A model generated the notes under the pieces. That model searched no databases and was not told the origin of the DNA. It saw nothing but the letters and a program-made list of their open reading frames with translations. The position numbers were made by a program, and so were the translations under genes. DNA of 64,000 nt from Octopus vulgaris (taxonomy: Eukaryota): contig OX597837.1 in the NCBI GenBank assembly GCA_951406725.2, forward strand, positions 12,958,001 to 13,022,000. The letters run 5' to 3'. The stretch's first letter is position 1; each line of letters begins with the position of its first letter. Below, one piece after another: positions 37,935 to 51,758 of this stretch.

Positions 37935-38776
37935 CTGTAAGAAAAAGGATTGCAAAATTTATTTTTTAAGACCATTTTGTACACACTTTCGTAAGTAATT
38001 CTAAACGGAAAATCCATCATCATCATCATCATCATCGTCATTTAACATCCATTTTCCATGCTGTCATGGGTCGGACAGTGTGACAGGAAACGACCAGCTG
38101 AAGGGCTGCCCTCACCCCCAGGCTCTGTTTTGGCATCAGTTTTACACCTGGATGTCCTTCCTGATGCCAACTGTTTTACAGAATGTAGTCGGTGCCTTTT
38201 ATGTGACACCAATACAGGTACTTGATATGTAGCACCAACACCTATTTCTTTATTACCCACAAGGGGCTAAACACAGAGAGGACAAACAAGGACAGACAAA
38301 CGGAATGAGTCGATTACATCGACCCCAGTGTGTAACTGGTACTTAATTTATCAACCCCGAAAGGATGAAAAGCAAAGTCAACCTCGGCAGAATTTGAACT
38401 CAGAACGCAACGGCAGACGAAATACCGCAAAGCATTTCGCCCGGCGTGCTAACGTTTCTGCCAGCTCGGCTGCAAGATTAGGAATGCAGGGGATAAACCT
38501 GGATGCAAGGACAACCACACCCCTACTTAGCTCGATGTGTTTTCTGAAGCCCGGCAAACCACCAGGGGCCTCAGTCTCCTGTCATCCCCTCCGTGGAGAC
38601 TTTCTCTGAAGATACATTCTCACTGCTTTACCCCAGCTTTACACTTGTCCACGGTGCAATAGAGTAGGATTGAACCGAGGCTACATGGTTGTGAAGCAAA
38701 CACCTTAACCACACAGCCAGGTATAAAGAATGGGCAACAAAACTAAGACAAATGAGAAAAGGGGAAAACAACGAAC

Positions 38777-38846
38777 CTTTCAGGTGACTGTTCCCTTCTG
38801 TTATTTGGAGAGATTTTTTTGGCAGGTTCCCTAATGCCATAAGGGG
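38777..38846 (-). CDS. TRMT11: TRMT11 exon (PYGIREPAKKISPNNRREQSPER)
   Basis: Completes the catalytic DPPYGIRE motif across the splice junction; ttcAG and GTTCGT boundaries; 70 nt. Confidence 0.9.
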
Positions 38847-39304
38847 CTGAAAATAGCAGAAAGCAAACAACAACAATAATGATAACAATAATAATAATAA
38901 TAATAATTAATTCTTTTTATTGGCCACAAGGGCTGACAAATATGATTGGAAAACATAAAGGGACAAAACAGGATGAAAGGTTACAAAAGGTTTTGTCCGT
39001 TTGTGAAAAAAAAACGAGTAAAAAGCAGTTTAACAATGAGAATATAACAACGAAAAACTCCCAATAGAGGAGACGCTTCGAAAAAAAGGAAAAGGTCTCA
39101 CATGGAAAAACCCATAAAAGCCACGGGAGCCTGGTCAAAAGGGAGGTAAAGAGTCCCTTTCTCCTTTTATAATACCTTTTTCAGTTACAGGCGAAACCTC
39201 AGAATTGGTCCATTTATACTGGCCATTCTTGCACAATTCACCCACCTTTCAGAAAACTTGCTTTAAAGACAGCACTCTCCTCTCTAACCTCATCTTCCTT
39301 TTCA

Positions 39305-39660
39305 CTGAAGCTCCGGCGACTGGCAATGGACTTGGTAAACACCCACAAAGTTGTCAACCACCTCACCAATAACAACACTGAACACCTTTTTGATCTTCAT
39401 GTGTCTAACACACGTGGACATGCCTACAAAGTCAGAAAACAACACAGCTCCCATGACTTTCGGAAACATTTTTTCACGCTCAGAGTTGCTGAAGCATGGA
39501 ACAAACTGCCTGCGTCAGTTGTTGACTGCCATGACACTGCATCCTTTAAGGCCCTCATGCTTTCCGAAATCCGCCGAAACTACACCTGATTATACATACA
39601 CTTTAGATGAGTTGTAGTGCACCTGAGCACTGTACACAATGTTTTTATTATTATTATTAT
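39305..39660 (+). mobile_element. CR1/L2-group LINE 3' fragment
   Basis: TRGH.YK....S..D.RK.FF..RV...WN.LP motif with (att)n tail; near-identical fragments at about 43020-43450 and 62150-62612. Confidence 0.75.
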
Positions 39661-40755
39661 AAATGAAACTTGAAAAAGTTGATGAGGAATAATGAGAAAG
39701 CAACCATACTATGGGATAAGCAAATACAGAGAGAGAGAGAGGAATTAATGCCAATAGACCGGATATAGTTGGATGATTTGATGGGATCTAATGTGTCTAA
39801 GGGCTGCATCGTACTCCAGTGTCTGCTTTGGCATGGCTTCTACAGGGGAGATGCCCTTCCTAACGTCAACAACTTCACAACATCTATTGACTACTGGGTG
39901 CTTTTTTTCAGGTCATCAGCAGTAGTAAGGTTGCCATGCAGATTGTAAGCCTATGAACCCCCAACAGGGTAACCTTCATGCTTGGGGAAAAGACAGAGCT
40001 TAGAGTGTGTGAGAAAAAAGGAGAGAGCAGAAAGGGGTTTCATGTGGAAGAGGATCTACATGACTATGGACAGTTTAGAAGAGAGGGCCGGAGTGACCAG
40101 GTGGGGGCTGGAAAGCAATGAAACATGGGTGATGAGGTGTGTCAGGATAGGATCAACAAAGTATGAGGTGGGTAGGAATGAGTGGGGTCTTTTAGTGAGG
40201 AGCAGTAGGAGGATGAAAGAGAGACAGAGAGGACATACTGTGAGATGAGTTACAGGAGTGGATGGGAAAGAGAGAGAGCACATTGGACGAAATGCGTAGC
40301 CATATTTCGCCTGCCATTAAGTTCTGAGTTCAAATTCCGCCGAGGTCGACTTTGCCTTTCATCCTTTCGGGGTCGATAAATTAAGTACCAGTTATGCACT
40401 GGGGTCGATATAATCGACTTAATCCATTTGTCTGTCCTTGTTTGTCCCCTCTGTGTTTAGCCCCTAGTGGGTAGTAAAGAAATAGGTATTTCGTCAGCCG
40501 TTACGTTCTGAGTTCAAATTCCGCCGAGGTCAACTTTGCCTTTCATCCTTTTGGGGTCGATAAATTAAGTACCAGTTATGCACTGGAGTCGATATAATCG
40601 ACTTAATCCATTTGTCTGTCCTTGTTTGTTCTCTCTGTGTTTAGTCCCTTGTGGGTTGTAAAGAAATAGGTGTAGTGTATGAAAAGGGCAAGATGGATGG
40701 TGATTATGCAGAGCAAGGTAAGTAAAGAGTTAAAGATGGGTGTTGAAATGCTTAC

Positions 40756-40923
40756 GGTCTGTGATGATGGCATCAAAGATTTCGTTTTTACGCCAGAGTT
40801 TGTGTTTGGAAGAATCAGCAATGATAGCATCAAGGTACAAGTGGCCGACACCATATTGGATCAAATTGGAGCGGATGCTCTCGTTTGAATCCCTTGTTTT
40901 TTGATTATGCCGAGATGGTCGAG
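40756..40923 (-). CDS. TRMT11: TRMT11 exon (RPSRHNQKTRDSNESIRSNLIQYG...FDAIITDP)
   Basis: IR.NL.QYG and FDAIITDP motifs; ccAG and GTAAGC boundaries; 168 nt. Confidence 0.95.
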
Positions 40924-41136
40924 CTGGACAAAAAAAAACATTAAAAATTAAATTAAATACAAAAAAATTGTGGCTGTGTGGTAAGAAGTTTCACTTCCCA
41001 ATCACATGGATCCAGGTTCAGTCCCACTGCGTGGCACCTTGGGCAAGTGTCTTCTACTATAGCCTCGGGCCAACCACAGCCTTGTGAGTGGATTTGGTAG
41101 ATGGCTATGTAGTTAAGAAGCTCATCATTCATCATC

Positions 41137-41513
41137 ATTGTTCGACCGTGGTCGAGACAATGGAATTTACCATGCTACGCCAGACTTCACGGTCCATCAT
41201 GGCATTACGGAGGTCCTGTTGCTGGATGCCTGTATCCCTGGAGATTACATCAAGGTAGGAGAGTGTGCGCCCTCTGGTATTGCGAGCAGATGGCTTCCAG
41301 AGGAGAAGAGTAGAAATTGCCTCGTTTTCAGCTCTACAACAATGTCCAGCAAACTGGACTCTCCTACCTTTCACAAGAGATGACACAGGTGGTAGTTTCC
41401 CATATATTTGCATTTTGGTCGGATGACGCTTCCACGAGAGATTTTGAGCTCTCATAAGGAGGCGAGTGTAGGTTCCATCCAACCACCTCTCAAGCTTCTT
41501 TGGTAACGTCCAG
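41137..41513 (-). mobile_element. Non-LTR retrotransposon 3' fragment (RTE-like ORF C-terminus)
   Basis: ETWTL....R.LDG.YTRLL...N.SW..H.T...IYG...RR..FAGHC.R...R..W translation; lies in a TRMT11 intron. Confidence 0.75.
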
Positions 41514-41946
41514 GTTTCTAAGAAGCTCACTTTGCAACCATGTGGTTCTGGGTTCACTTCCACCACATGGCGCCTCGGGCAAATGGCTTTTACTATAGCC
41601 CTGGGCTGACCAATGCCCTGTGAGTGGATTTGGTAGATGGAAACTGTGTGGAAGCTTGTCATGTGTGTGTGTGCGTGTGTTTGTGCTTGTTTGTGTCCCC
41701 CACACCACTTGACAACTGGTGTTGGTTTATTTACGTCCCCAAAGCCTGGCAGTTTAGTAAAAGAGTGTGATAGGATAAGTAGCAGGCTGTTAAAACAACA
41801 AGTACTGTGGTTGATTTGTTTGACTAAACCCTTCGGGGCAGGCTCCAGCATGGCCACAGTGCAATGACTGAAACAAGTAAAAGAAAGCAAAAGAGCTAAA
41901 AAAAAAAAACTACAAAAAAATGGGGGGGGGGGGGCAGGTAACTTAC

Positions 41947-42027
41947 CTTTGCCATGTAAAAGAAGATAGTCTAAGTCAGCCCCCATAACATAACTGCCAA
42001 AGTGAGCACAAGCCACCAATAAACTTC
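41947..42027 (-). CDS. TRMT11: TRMT11 exon (SLLVACAHFGSYVMGADLDYLLLHGK)
   Basis: ACAHFG.YV.G.D.DY motif; ttcAG and GTAAGT boundaries; 81 nt. Confidence 0.95.
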
Positions 42028-42151
42028 CTGAAAAAATAATTAACAACAGTAATTAGAAAAAAAAAAGTAATTAACAACAGCAATTTAGAAAGAGTGAGTA
42101 ATTAAGATTGACAGTTAACAAATTATTAACTTGTTTTATACATCTTGCTCG

Positions 42152-42343
42152 AGAGGAGGAGGAGGAGGAGGAGGAGGAAAAAGAAGAAGAGAAGGAGGAA
42201 GAAGAGGAGGAGGAGGAGGAAGAAGAAGAAGAGGAGGAGGAAGAAGAAGAAGAAGAGGAGGAGGAGGAAGAAGAAGAGAAGGAGGAGGATGAAGAAGGGG
42301 AGAAGGAGGAGGAGGAAGAAGAAGGAGAAGAAGAAGAAGAAGA
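42152..42343. repeat. (GAG/GAA)n purine tract
   Basis: Seen directly; fills most of the TRMT11 intron 42028-42359. Confidence 0.95.
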
Positions 42344-42359
42344 ATGAAAGATGACCAAC

Positions 42360-42455
42360 CTGTTCCAACAAAAGGATCAAATACCAGCTTGTTTTGAGCA
42401 GCCTTCCCCATGTTAGCCATTATGAGGGATAACCCAGCATCCATGCTGGTGTTAC
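42360..42455 (-). CDS. TRMT11: TRMT11 exon (NTSMDAGLSLIMANMGKAAQNKLVFDPFVGT)
   Basis: GNTSMDAGLS and SAM-binding DPFVGTG motif; tgcAG and GTTGGT boundaries; 96 nt. Confidence 0.95.
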
Positions 42456-44135
42456 CTGCAGAAGACAGAATATTACAGCTCAGATTATTTTACAAAATGG
42501 TACAGGCCAGTCAAGCTGGTGTTACATAAAAACAAAAAGAAATGCTACAATCTATCTATGCTGATCTCACCTTCTATAATATGAAATAGTCCAGGCATGC
42601 TAATGTTTATTTCTTTATTGCCCACAGGGGGCGAAACATAGAGGGGACAAACAAGGACAGACAAAGGGATTAAGTCGATTATATTGACCCCAGTGCATAA
42701 CTGGTACTTAATTTATCGACCCAAAAGGATGAAAGGCAAAGTTGGCCTCGGTGGAATTTGAACTCAGAACGTAATGGCAGCCAAAATACCTATTTCTTTA
42801 CTACCCACAAGGAGCTAAACACAGAGAGCACAAACAAGGACAGACAAGCGGATTAAGTTGATTATATCGACACCAGTCATAACTGGTACTTATTTAATCG
42901 ACCCCGAAAGGATGAAAAGCAAAGTCGACCTCGGTGGAATTTGAACTCAGAACGTAGCAGCAGACGAAATACCACTAAGCATTTCGCCCGGCGTGCTAAC
43001 GTTTCTGCCAGCTCGCCAAGTGAATACCCTCCATCAAGCATCTACCATACTCTGAATGCCTTGCTTTCATGGGCATAGATACATTGAAGCTCCGACGTTT
43101 GGCAACTGACTTGGTAAACCCTCTCAAAATTATTAACCATTGCACCAACAACCACCTTGAACACCTTTTTGAATTCCATGTGGCTAACACAAGTGGACAT
43201 ACCTACAAAGTCAGAAAACAACACAGCTCCCATGACTTTCAGAAACATTTTCTCACACTCAAAGTTGCTGAAGCATGGAACAAACTACCTGCATCAGTTG
43301 TTAGCTGCCGGGACATTACATCCTTTAAAACCCCCATGCTTCCTGAAATTCACAAACACTACACCTGTTATCTGCCCCATCCATACACATGCGCACATGT
43401 ATATCATGACTCATACACTTTCCTGACTTTTGTACATAATTCTGTGCACATGGGTTAGACGGTTCGACCGGGGATCTGGGAAGCCAGAAGGCTGCACCAG
43501 GCTCCAGTCTTATCTGGCAGTGTTTCTACAGCTGGATGCCCTTCCTAACGCCAACCACTCCGCGAGTGTAGTGGGTGCTTTTTACGGCACACCTGCACAG
43601 GTGCCAGGCGAGGCTGACATCGGCCACGGTTAGATTGTGCATTTTACGTGCCACCGGCACGGAAGCCAGTCGAGGCGGCACTGGCATCGGCCACGATTCG
43701 GATGGTGCTTTTTACGTACTACCAGTCCAGGGGTCCTGGCATTTGCCGGGTGCCAGTCATAGGATTGGTTCAATTTCAATTCCGATTTCGATTTATTATT
43801 ATTATTATAACACATACATTGAAAACAATTTTTCAAAATAAGACAACCATGATGATGCTGCTGATTGTTGTTGTTGTTGTTGTTAAGCAACAAGACGGGT
43901 AAGGGTGATTAGGTGATGGTCTAGGGCTTAGGGACGGGAGACCCCAGACCTTGGGGGGAAAAAACTTTGGTTGTCTTGTTGTAGTCGAGGGTTCTTCGTT
44001 GACACCCGACACCACTGGGAAGTGGTCCTTGAAGTTGCTGGAAATGGAGATCTCCAGGTCCAAATTCTTGGACGGCTGCTGGTGGTAGTGGTGGTGGTGG
44101 TGATGATGATGATAGTGGTTACGTGTAAGTCTTAC

Positions 44136-44196
44136 CTATAAAGCATCTGTTCTGCAGGTGGTAATGTCGAATTTGGTCTCGGCTTCCTTCAGCAAT
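44136..44196 (-). CDS. TRMT11: TRMT11 exon ([20 protein letters not shown])
   Basis: IA.G.R..I..Y....R.FIG; tgcAG and GTAAGA boundaries; 61 nt. Confidence 0.9.
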
Positions 44197-45046
44197 CTGC
44201 AATTTTCAGAGAAGTACAAATGTAAGCAAACACAAACACACACACACAAACACATACGCACGTGTGCACACGCACACCTGCATACACACACACACACATA
44301 CGCACACCTGCATACACACACACACACACACAAACACATACGCACGCATGCACACCTGCATACACACACACACACACATATACAGTGGGTTTCTTTCCGT
44401 TTCCCTCTACCAAATAAACTCACACAAGTTCGGTTGGTCTGGAGTTATTCAATAATACATGTGCCCAAGTATATTCTGTAAGACGCTGCTTCACAGTGGG
44501 ATTGAACCCAAAACCACAGGCCAAGTTCTTAACCACATTAACCACACAGCCACGCTTGCACCACTCTGTGTGTGCATGCGTGTTTGTGTACAAGTAAACA
44601 TACATATTATTGGTTTCAAATTTTGGCACAAGGCCAGCAATTTCAAGGGAGGGGAGGGACAAGCAATTGAGCCAACCCCAGTATTCTACTGGTACTTATT
44701 TAATCAACCCCCAAAAGGATGAAAGGCAAAGTCGGTAGAATTTGAACTCAGAACACAGTGGTGGTACATAAAAACGTGCATATGATGCCACTTAAATGAA
44801 TCTGTGAATTCTGTGTAAGGGGATCCATACAGTGCCACATAGAAGCATCCGTGTGCCACCATGTAAAAGCATTCGTGCGGTGTCACGTAAAAGCACCCAG
44901 CACACTCTGTAAAGTGGTTGGCGTCAGGAAGGGCATCCAGCCATAGAAAACCATTCCAAAGCAGACGACTGGGGCCTGATGCAGCTCCCCAGCTGACCAG
45001 TTCTGGTCAAACAGTCCAACCCATGCCAGCATGGACAATGGACGTT

Positions 45047-45360
45047 AAATGATGATGATGATGATGATGATGGTGTTGTTGATGATGATGTTAATGATGG
45101 TGTTGATGATGATGATGATGATGAATATGATGGTGATAATGAATATGATGATGGTGATAATGATGATGATGATGATGATGGTGATAATGAATATGATGAT
45201 GGTGATAATGATGATGATGATGATGATGGTGATAATGATGATGATGATGATGATGATGATGGTGGTGGTGTTGATGATGATGATGGTGGTGTTGATGATG
45301 ATGACGATGATGATGAATATGATGATGATAATGAATATGATGATGGTGATAATGAATATG

Positions 45361-45392
<32 letters not shown>

Positions 45393-45512
45393 GATGATGA
45401 TGATGATGGTGGTGGTGTTGATGATGATGATGGTGATGATGATGATGGTGGTGTTGATGATGATGATGATGATGGTGGTGTTGGTGATGATGGTGTTGAT
45501 GATGATGATGAT
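45047..45512. repeat. Compound (ATG/GTG/ATA)n microsatellite, about 465 bp
   Basis: Seen directly; extends the (ATG)n tail of a family C copy. Similar tract at 37195-37370. Confidence 0.95.
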
Positions 45513-45793
45513 GCCGCCTTAAGCATACAAATTGTTACAACTGCTACGCAATTCCTCAAAGTTCAAAAGTCGGACTCTGCAGAGATTGTGTCATGGAAAC
45601 CAACAAAATTCTGTCATACTTTTTAAATTCTTCTTACTCTTGAATCAAATCCAAAATAAGAGGGATGGGTACAGGGTTCAATACTCGGCCATGCATCTAA
45701 TGTTATAGGGACATATGTGTTGGCAAAGGTGGACAGGTGTGAAAACAAGAGACAAAAGTAAAAAGCAGAGAACAGAGATAAAACAATACATAC

Positions 45794-45937
45794 GAATCGG
45801 CCAAAGTAGAGAGAAGATGGTTCCAGCGCAGAATGGCTTCCGGCTTCATCTTCATAAAATTCCAACAGGTAGAAACAGTGGTCAGGATTCTCCAGTCGTA
45901 TTTTGCCTTTTAATCCTAATTCCGTCCAAGGAAGGGA
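45794..45937 (-). CDS. TRMT11: TRMT11 exon (SLPWTELGLKGKIRLENPDHCFYLLEFYED...LYFGRF)
   Basis: THUMP-region G...L..P...F.LLE.Y...YFGR; gttAG and GTATGT boundaries; 144 nt. Confidence 0.9.
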
Positions 45938-46853
45938 CTAACGGGAACGAATATGAGGATAAATAGGTAAATATAATGAAAATAAAAAATTAGATTTCTG
46001 AAATGAAATTTAAATAGCAAAAATGGAAAATTGAAATTAAAAAAAAAAAAATAACCTACAAAACAATAAAAAAGAAATTCATTTGGGATACTAAATAAGT
46101 CGAGAAATTATTATGGGGAAAATTAAGTAGAAATTTATATGGGCTATTGATAACCATATCGGAGTGGTTGGCGTTAGGAAGGGCATCCAGCTGTAGAAAC
46201 CTTGCCAGATCAGATTGGAGCCTGGTGCAGCCTCCTGGCTTGCCAGTCCTCAGTCAAACCATCCAACCCATGCCAGCATGGAAAGTAGACGTTAAACGAT
46301 GACATGGCTCAGTGGTTAATACATCAAAATCATGAGGTATGTATAACCCTAGAAAATAATCTGGGGTATTGACTGACCATAGAAATTAATTTGAGGTATT
46401 GATTGACCTCAGAAATTAATCTGGGGTATTCCATAATTCCCTAATCCTTAGAAGTTAATCTAGAGTATTGTGTAACTGCTAGAATATAACTCTAGAAATT
46501 AATGGAGGGTACAGTGGAGAAGGGGGCAGCTTTATGCTAGACAATGAACGAAGGAGGAGGAATAAGTTTCTTGCTGTAAAAGAGATATATGGTTGCTCAA
46601 ATTATATAAAAGTGTGTGTGAGCAATCTATCAATCTAAAATCTTATTTGGGGTATTATCCACCCACTAGCATAGCTAGAGTATGTGCCACCTGGGGTGGC
46701 CGTTCCATTTTCCCAAACACCCCCACCCCCAACCCCCACAAAAAACACAAACTGCCTACAGACCCAGAAGTTCCACCCGGGGTGGAGCACCCCCTACTGT
46801 CCCCCCACCCACAGTTAAATAGACAACTAATCAAAGGTGAACGTTTAGCTTAC

Positions 46854-46946
46854 CTCAATCTTCTCTAACTTTTCTTTTGGAGGAATTTTCTTATTGAATG
46901 CTTCTACCACAATTTTAAACGTAGAGTCTGCAGATGTGTATGGTTC
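46854..46946 (-). CDS. TRMT11: TRMT11 exon (EPYTSADSTFKIVVEAFNKKIPPKEKLEKIE)
   Basis: DST.KI....FNK motif; tgcAG and GTAAGC boundaries; 93 nt. Confidence 0.9.
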
Positions 46947-47095
46947 CTGCAAAAAACCAATCCAGTATTTACCAAGATGATAATATAGTTTCACATTTCC
47001 ATCAGACAGCTTTGATCACAACTGTCCAATGAACGGAAACGTGAACCTCTGAGTCACAGTTTTTTGGTGATGTTTTTGCAGCTTTAATAAAGAAA

Positions 47096-47133
<38 letters not shown>

Positions 47134-47567
47134 ATTTAAATGTGTGTGTGTCTTCGTCTGGACATTGTGTGATGACTTCAAATGAGTATCATCATCATAT
47201 GAGCAATATCATTCGTTTCTAGTCTTTTGTGAAAGACATGTCTAGCTATGGAAAATATTACTTTGCTTGGAAACAAGGGTTGGCAACAGGGCGGGCATCC
47301 TGCCTTAGAATATCTGCCTCAACAAATCCCATTAGACCCATGCAAGCATGGACAAGTTGATGTTAAAATGATGATGATGATGATGATGATGGTGGTGACA
47401 GCGATGTTTGTGCCAACCTATGATTCTCTGAAACACTGAAAATCTTTTACAGAGAGTGGAAGGGAAGAAAAGAATGAACAAAGCAAGGTGAGAACGACAG
47501 AAAGAACGAAGAAAGAAAGAAAGAAATGAAAGAAAAAAACCAGCACATGGTTATAATCTGAACGTAC

Positions 47568-47649
47568 TGTAATTTCTGGACTTAGCTTGGCGAGTCGTTC
47601 ATTGAGGCTTTCTAGTGTCTTCCCTTCGGCCCACAGTTCATACGCTGAC
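47568..47649 (-). CDS. TRMT11: TRMT11 exon (SAYELWAEGKTLESLNERLAKLSPEIT)
   Basis: S..ELW..G motif; tttAG and GTACGT boundaries; 82 nt. Confidence 0.9.
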
Positions 47650-48239
47650 CTAAAAGAAAAAAAGGAAAAAGCAGACCGAAATGAAAGCACCGCTCTGTGC
47701 CATCCACAGGAATCACCCCCTACTTATTATCCACATCCCCATCACTCTCACCATTATCACCATCATCATCATCATCGTTCAAAAATTCCCAATGGCAAAC
47801 AGCATGGAATACAGCCTTTCTTACAATGAGACACCCAAAGCTTATCATCATCATCCTCATCGTCATCACCATCACCACCATCATCACCATCATCAAGTAT
47901 TTAAATGTATCAAATGACATTGTTTTATTTCTGCAAGTAAATCTTTCAAAGATGATGGTGTCTATTTACTTTTGACAAGTCTTTCTCTTTCTCAGAGAGA
48001 GAGAGAGAGAGAGATGAGCTTCTTTCAGTTTCCGTCTGCCAAATTCACTCACACTATCAAAAAGCCATCAACTACTCGACAGCCCACAAATTTAAACTTG
48101 AAAGAATTTTCAGAGAAGGCCCAGAGTCTACAGAGAACATCTTCGTGGGTCGCTTGTGGGCCGTGGACCACCTGTCGTTGCCTCCTGTTATACACAAACA
48201 TACACACACCCCAACCAAAATGACCGAGGAACCTCTTAC

Positions 48240-48313
48240 CTAACCAACATGGTTCTCTTCAGTAACTGCTTCACATTATCTTCAGACGGTACCTCGACTA
48301 TCAGAAATGGACT
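48240..48313 (-). CDS. TRMT11: TRMT11 exon (SPFLIVEVPSEDNVKQLLKRTMLVR)
   Basis: SPF.I...PSED....L.KRT motif; tgtAG and GTAAGA boundaries; 74 nt. Confidence 0.9.
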
Positions 48314-48699
48314 CTACAAAGAAATTTCAGGGAAAGAATTTTTACTTTTCGATATACATACTTGAATCAGCATTAAATCAAAATATTACTGGGTGTGTAT
48401 AAGATTCTTCTTCATCATCATTATTATTATTATTATTTAATGTCCATTTTCTATGCTGGCATGGGTTGGATGGTTTGACCAAAGTCAGCAAGCTGCAGAG
48501 CTGCACCAGGCTCCAGTCTGATTTGGCATGGTTTCTATGGCTGGACGCCTTTCCTAATGCCAACCACTTTACAGAGTGTATTGGGTGCTTTTTATGTGGT
48601 ACCAGCATCAGGGCTTTTTATATGGTACCACCACCAGGTACTTTTTTGTGGCACCAGCACCAGTATCAACTCTCCTGTAACAGATGGGTCTTCTTGAAT

Positions 48700-49710
48700 A
48701 CAGCAAGGCACCAGCTATCTCAGTTCCTTTCTAAGGCTCAGCATCTTGAGATTAGGCTTTGATACTTTGTCCCACGTCTACCTGGGTCTCCTTCTTGCAC
48801 AAGTTCCATCCAGCACTTCTGTATATAACTGTTCACACTGATACACATCACATAACCAAACCAAACCAGTCTTCTCTCTTGCACACTGCACATCTAACCC
48901 TCTTATGCCTAACTTTTCTCCCAATACACTGGGTGCTCTGTTGCACATGCACACTTGACACTGCACAAGTAGCAGAACATTATTATTCCTCTCTAGATTT
49001 CGTATATCTTCTGCTAACATCTCACCACCATGTAGCACAGCCATTCGCATTTATACATCATACAATCTTCCTTTCAATCAGACACAGAGAACTTTTTGTT
49101 GCCAACTGAGGTAAAAGCTCTCTGACCTTTCGCCATCCTATTCTTATTCTAGCAATTATACTTTTTGTGTTTCCTCCCACACAGCTAACAGAAATTATCC
49201 CCTACCTCTAAAGAATCTCTGAGGCATTTAACAAAATTAATTTCCAAATCCATAGTTTTTATGGCTCTTATGCATCTTCCACATACAAATACTACCTTCT
49301 CTGATAACCTCCTGTTATTCCATTGCACCTCATAGCATTCCTGCCTACACCTTTCCTACATATGGGGCAGGGCCATTTACCTGATGGGGGAAGGGTCCTG
49401 TCCATTTTCTTTCTCACTAGAACCTTAGTCTTTGCTAAGTAAACCTAAAGGCCCTTTGGTTTCTAGTTTTGCCTCTACATCTGGAACTCCTTTTCTAGTT
49501 CTGTTACAGAATCTGTCGTAAGAGCAAGATCATCCTTGTTACAGCCTGGAGGGCAATGATAAATAGGAAAGGTCTGAGAACCAAACCCTGATGAACACCC
49601 AGCTGTACACTAAACACATCACTATACTCATTAATTATTATTCTTTTCTTTGCTGTGGTATTTATCAAAACCATGGCAGGTCCCTGAGGCCTCGATACCA
49701 ACTTTAGCCT
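48700..49710 (-). mobile_element. Degenerate RTE-like LINE fragment
   Basis: GVHQG.VL.P.LFII reverse-transcriptase motif with many frameshifts. Confidence 0.55.
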
Positions 49711-49794
49711 TGGTTATTTCCCCTTGATTAGGAAAGCTTCTCATGTCGGAATTAACTGATGAATTGAATTTTTACAAAAAAAAAATGCCCTTAC

Positions 49795-49863
49795 CTTAGT
49801 TTGTCTTTCATATTCCTTGATCTTTAGTGGTATTCCCAGAATTTCTGCAACCGAGTGCAGTTC
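49795..49863 (-). CDS. TRMT11: TRMT11 exon 2 (ELHSVAEILGIPLKIKEYERQTK)
   Basis: Continues FRLP-E; atAG and GTAAGG boundaries; 69 nt, phase 0. Confidence 0.85.
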
Positions 49864-50023
49864 CTATATAAAACATTAAGAACAAGACAAGTTTTGGCAA
49901 AGCATTTTTCTTTTAGTTTGAAAAATCAACAAAAAGAAAACAAGCAATAAAAAAAAAATATTTATAAATCGGTCAGAGAAAATATGTTACGATAAAATAA
50001 AAGCTTCATAAATAAATAAATAA

Positions 50024-50123
<100 letters not shown>

Positions 50124-50697
50124 TAGCTGTTGGAGTAACACGTAAAAGCACCTGTGTAGTGCCAGTATTATTATTTTTTTTTTTTTGTTGTTTTTTTAGC
50201 GGTATTTCGTCTGTCTCTACGTTCTGAGATCAAATGTCGCCGGGGTCGATTTTGCCTGTAGCGCAAAAAAGGCTGATTTGTTGACAGGAAATGTCAATAT
50301 TTACAGAGACAAGTGTGCACACCACATTCACATATATACACACATAACGGGCTCCCATGCAGTTTCTGTCTCCCAATTCTACTCACAAGGCATTGGTCGG
50401 CCAAAGACCATAAAAGACACTCGCCCAAGGCGCCACTGGGTGTGATAGAACTCGAAACCACATGTTTATAAAGCGAATTCCATACCCATACAACCAAACC
50501 TATGCACTCTCCCATCATATAAACACACACGGGCACATTTATTTACTCATTTCGGTAAACCAGGGGAAAGCAAGATTGTTTCTGGTCTCCCTTTTTGCTG
50601 GTTTCATTTTCAGTCACGTTGTCAACCCAAAAGCAAGTTCGAGATCACAGATGTTATATAGAAGATCAAGAAGTAACAAAAGGATGTCATTACATAC

Positions 50698-50772
50698 TGG
50701 TAGACGGAAATCTAAATGTTCGTGTGCAAAATGCAGTAAAAAACGGGACCTGGACACGGTCACCGAGGTCAT
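50698..50772 (-). CDS. TRMT11: TRMT11 first coding exon (MTSVTVSRSRFLLHFAHEHLDFRLP)
   Basis: L..A.EHL.FRLP N-terminal motif; GTATGT donor. The 14 exons sum to 1353 nt (450 aa + stop). Confidence 0.92.
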
Positions 50773-51758
50773 TTCTTTTCTAGTTTGGGATGAAATAGTT
50801 GGCAGAAATTCAATGAGTCGGTGTAGCTTGTAGAACGTCCACACTAAAATAATAGTCCGTAAACTTAAGCTTTTTCACACAGTATTTCTGTCGAAGTACT
50901 TTGTCTCTGTTTAATTTAATTTAGAAAATAATAAAGAATTTAGTTAAACAACTTCATCGTTATTAAGCAGGTGTTTAGAACATTAATTAACTTATAATTT
51001 CATAGGACGATCTTCGAAAACGGGGCCAGTCTCAAACAGGTCGGTCTCTCATTTATCCACTTTCCTGTCACTCATTTCAAGATCGAAGTGATTTTACTTG
51101 GCGGATTTTCGTAATGGTTATTACTATCACATAGAGAAGGAATAGAACAAGGAACTGGGTGGTTGTTTCCTTCTTTGAAAGAATTTTTCTGCTCGAAATA
51201 CTTTTTTTTTTTAACTTTTCTTGCCCTCCAGTTCCGTGAAAATCTTGTTACACCCATCTCACAAAACAAGTTTAATAGTAACAAAAATAAAATCTATTTT
51301 ATTCATTTTGCTCATCGATCCTATTGTCCCCCTCCTTTTTATTTTATTTTTATTTATTTATTTATTTATTTATTTTTCTTTTGCAACCTTGGTTAGAGCC
51401 ACGAAACTGAGGAAGAACTAAAAAAAAAAAAAAAAGGAGAAATCCAGCTGAAAAGAATCAGAAAAGACGGTCCAGAGTCAAGATGAAATGAGCTGATTGG
51501 GCGCAGCAGTGTGGATACTGACGATTTGGCATGGCTCACTGGACTTTCAGCCTTTGTTTATATCAAAGGCATACACATTCCTTTTGTTCACCTGATACAC
51601 ACACATAACCACTACAAGCGTCTGTGAAACGACCTCTTCATTGTAGGTTTCTAAATAAACAGAAATACCAAATAAAATCAACCTGTATCATCTTACTGCT
51701 TCTTTTGTCGCTTCATTGATTGTATGTTTTTATTATATTTCTTTTTTTAAATTTGTAA

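Noticed and set aside
41135-42046. 303-aa ORF
   Set aside because: Chance read-through of one TRMT11 exon, a SINE and a LINE fragment; the exon has a perfect GTAAGT donor at 41946.
44924-45559. Poly-Ser/poly-Met ORFs (also poly-Glu at 42108-42347 and similar at 37030-37462)
   Set aside because: Translations of trinucleotide microsatellites in TRMT11 introns.
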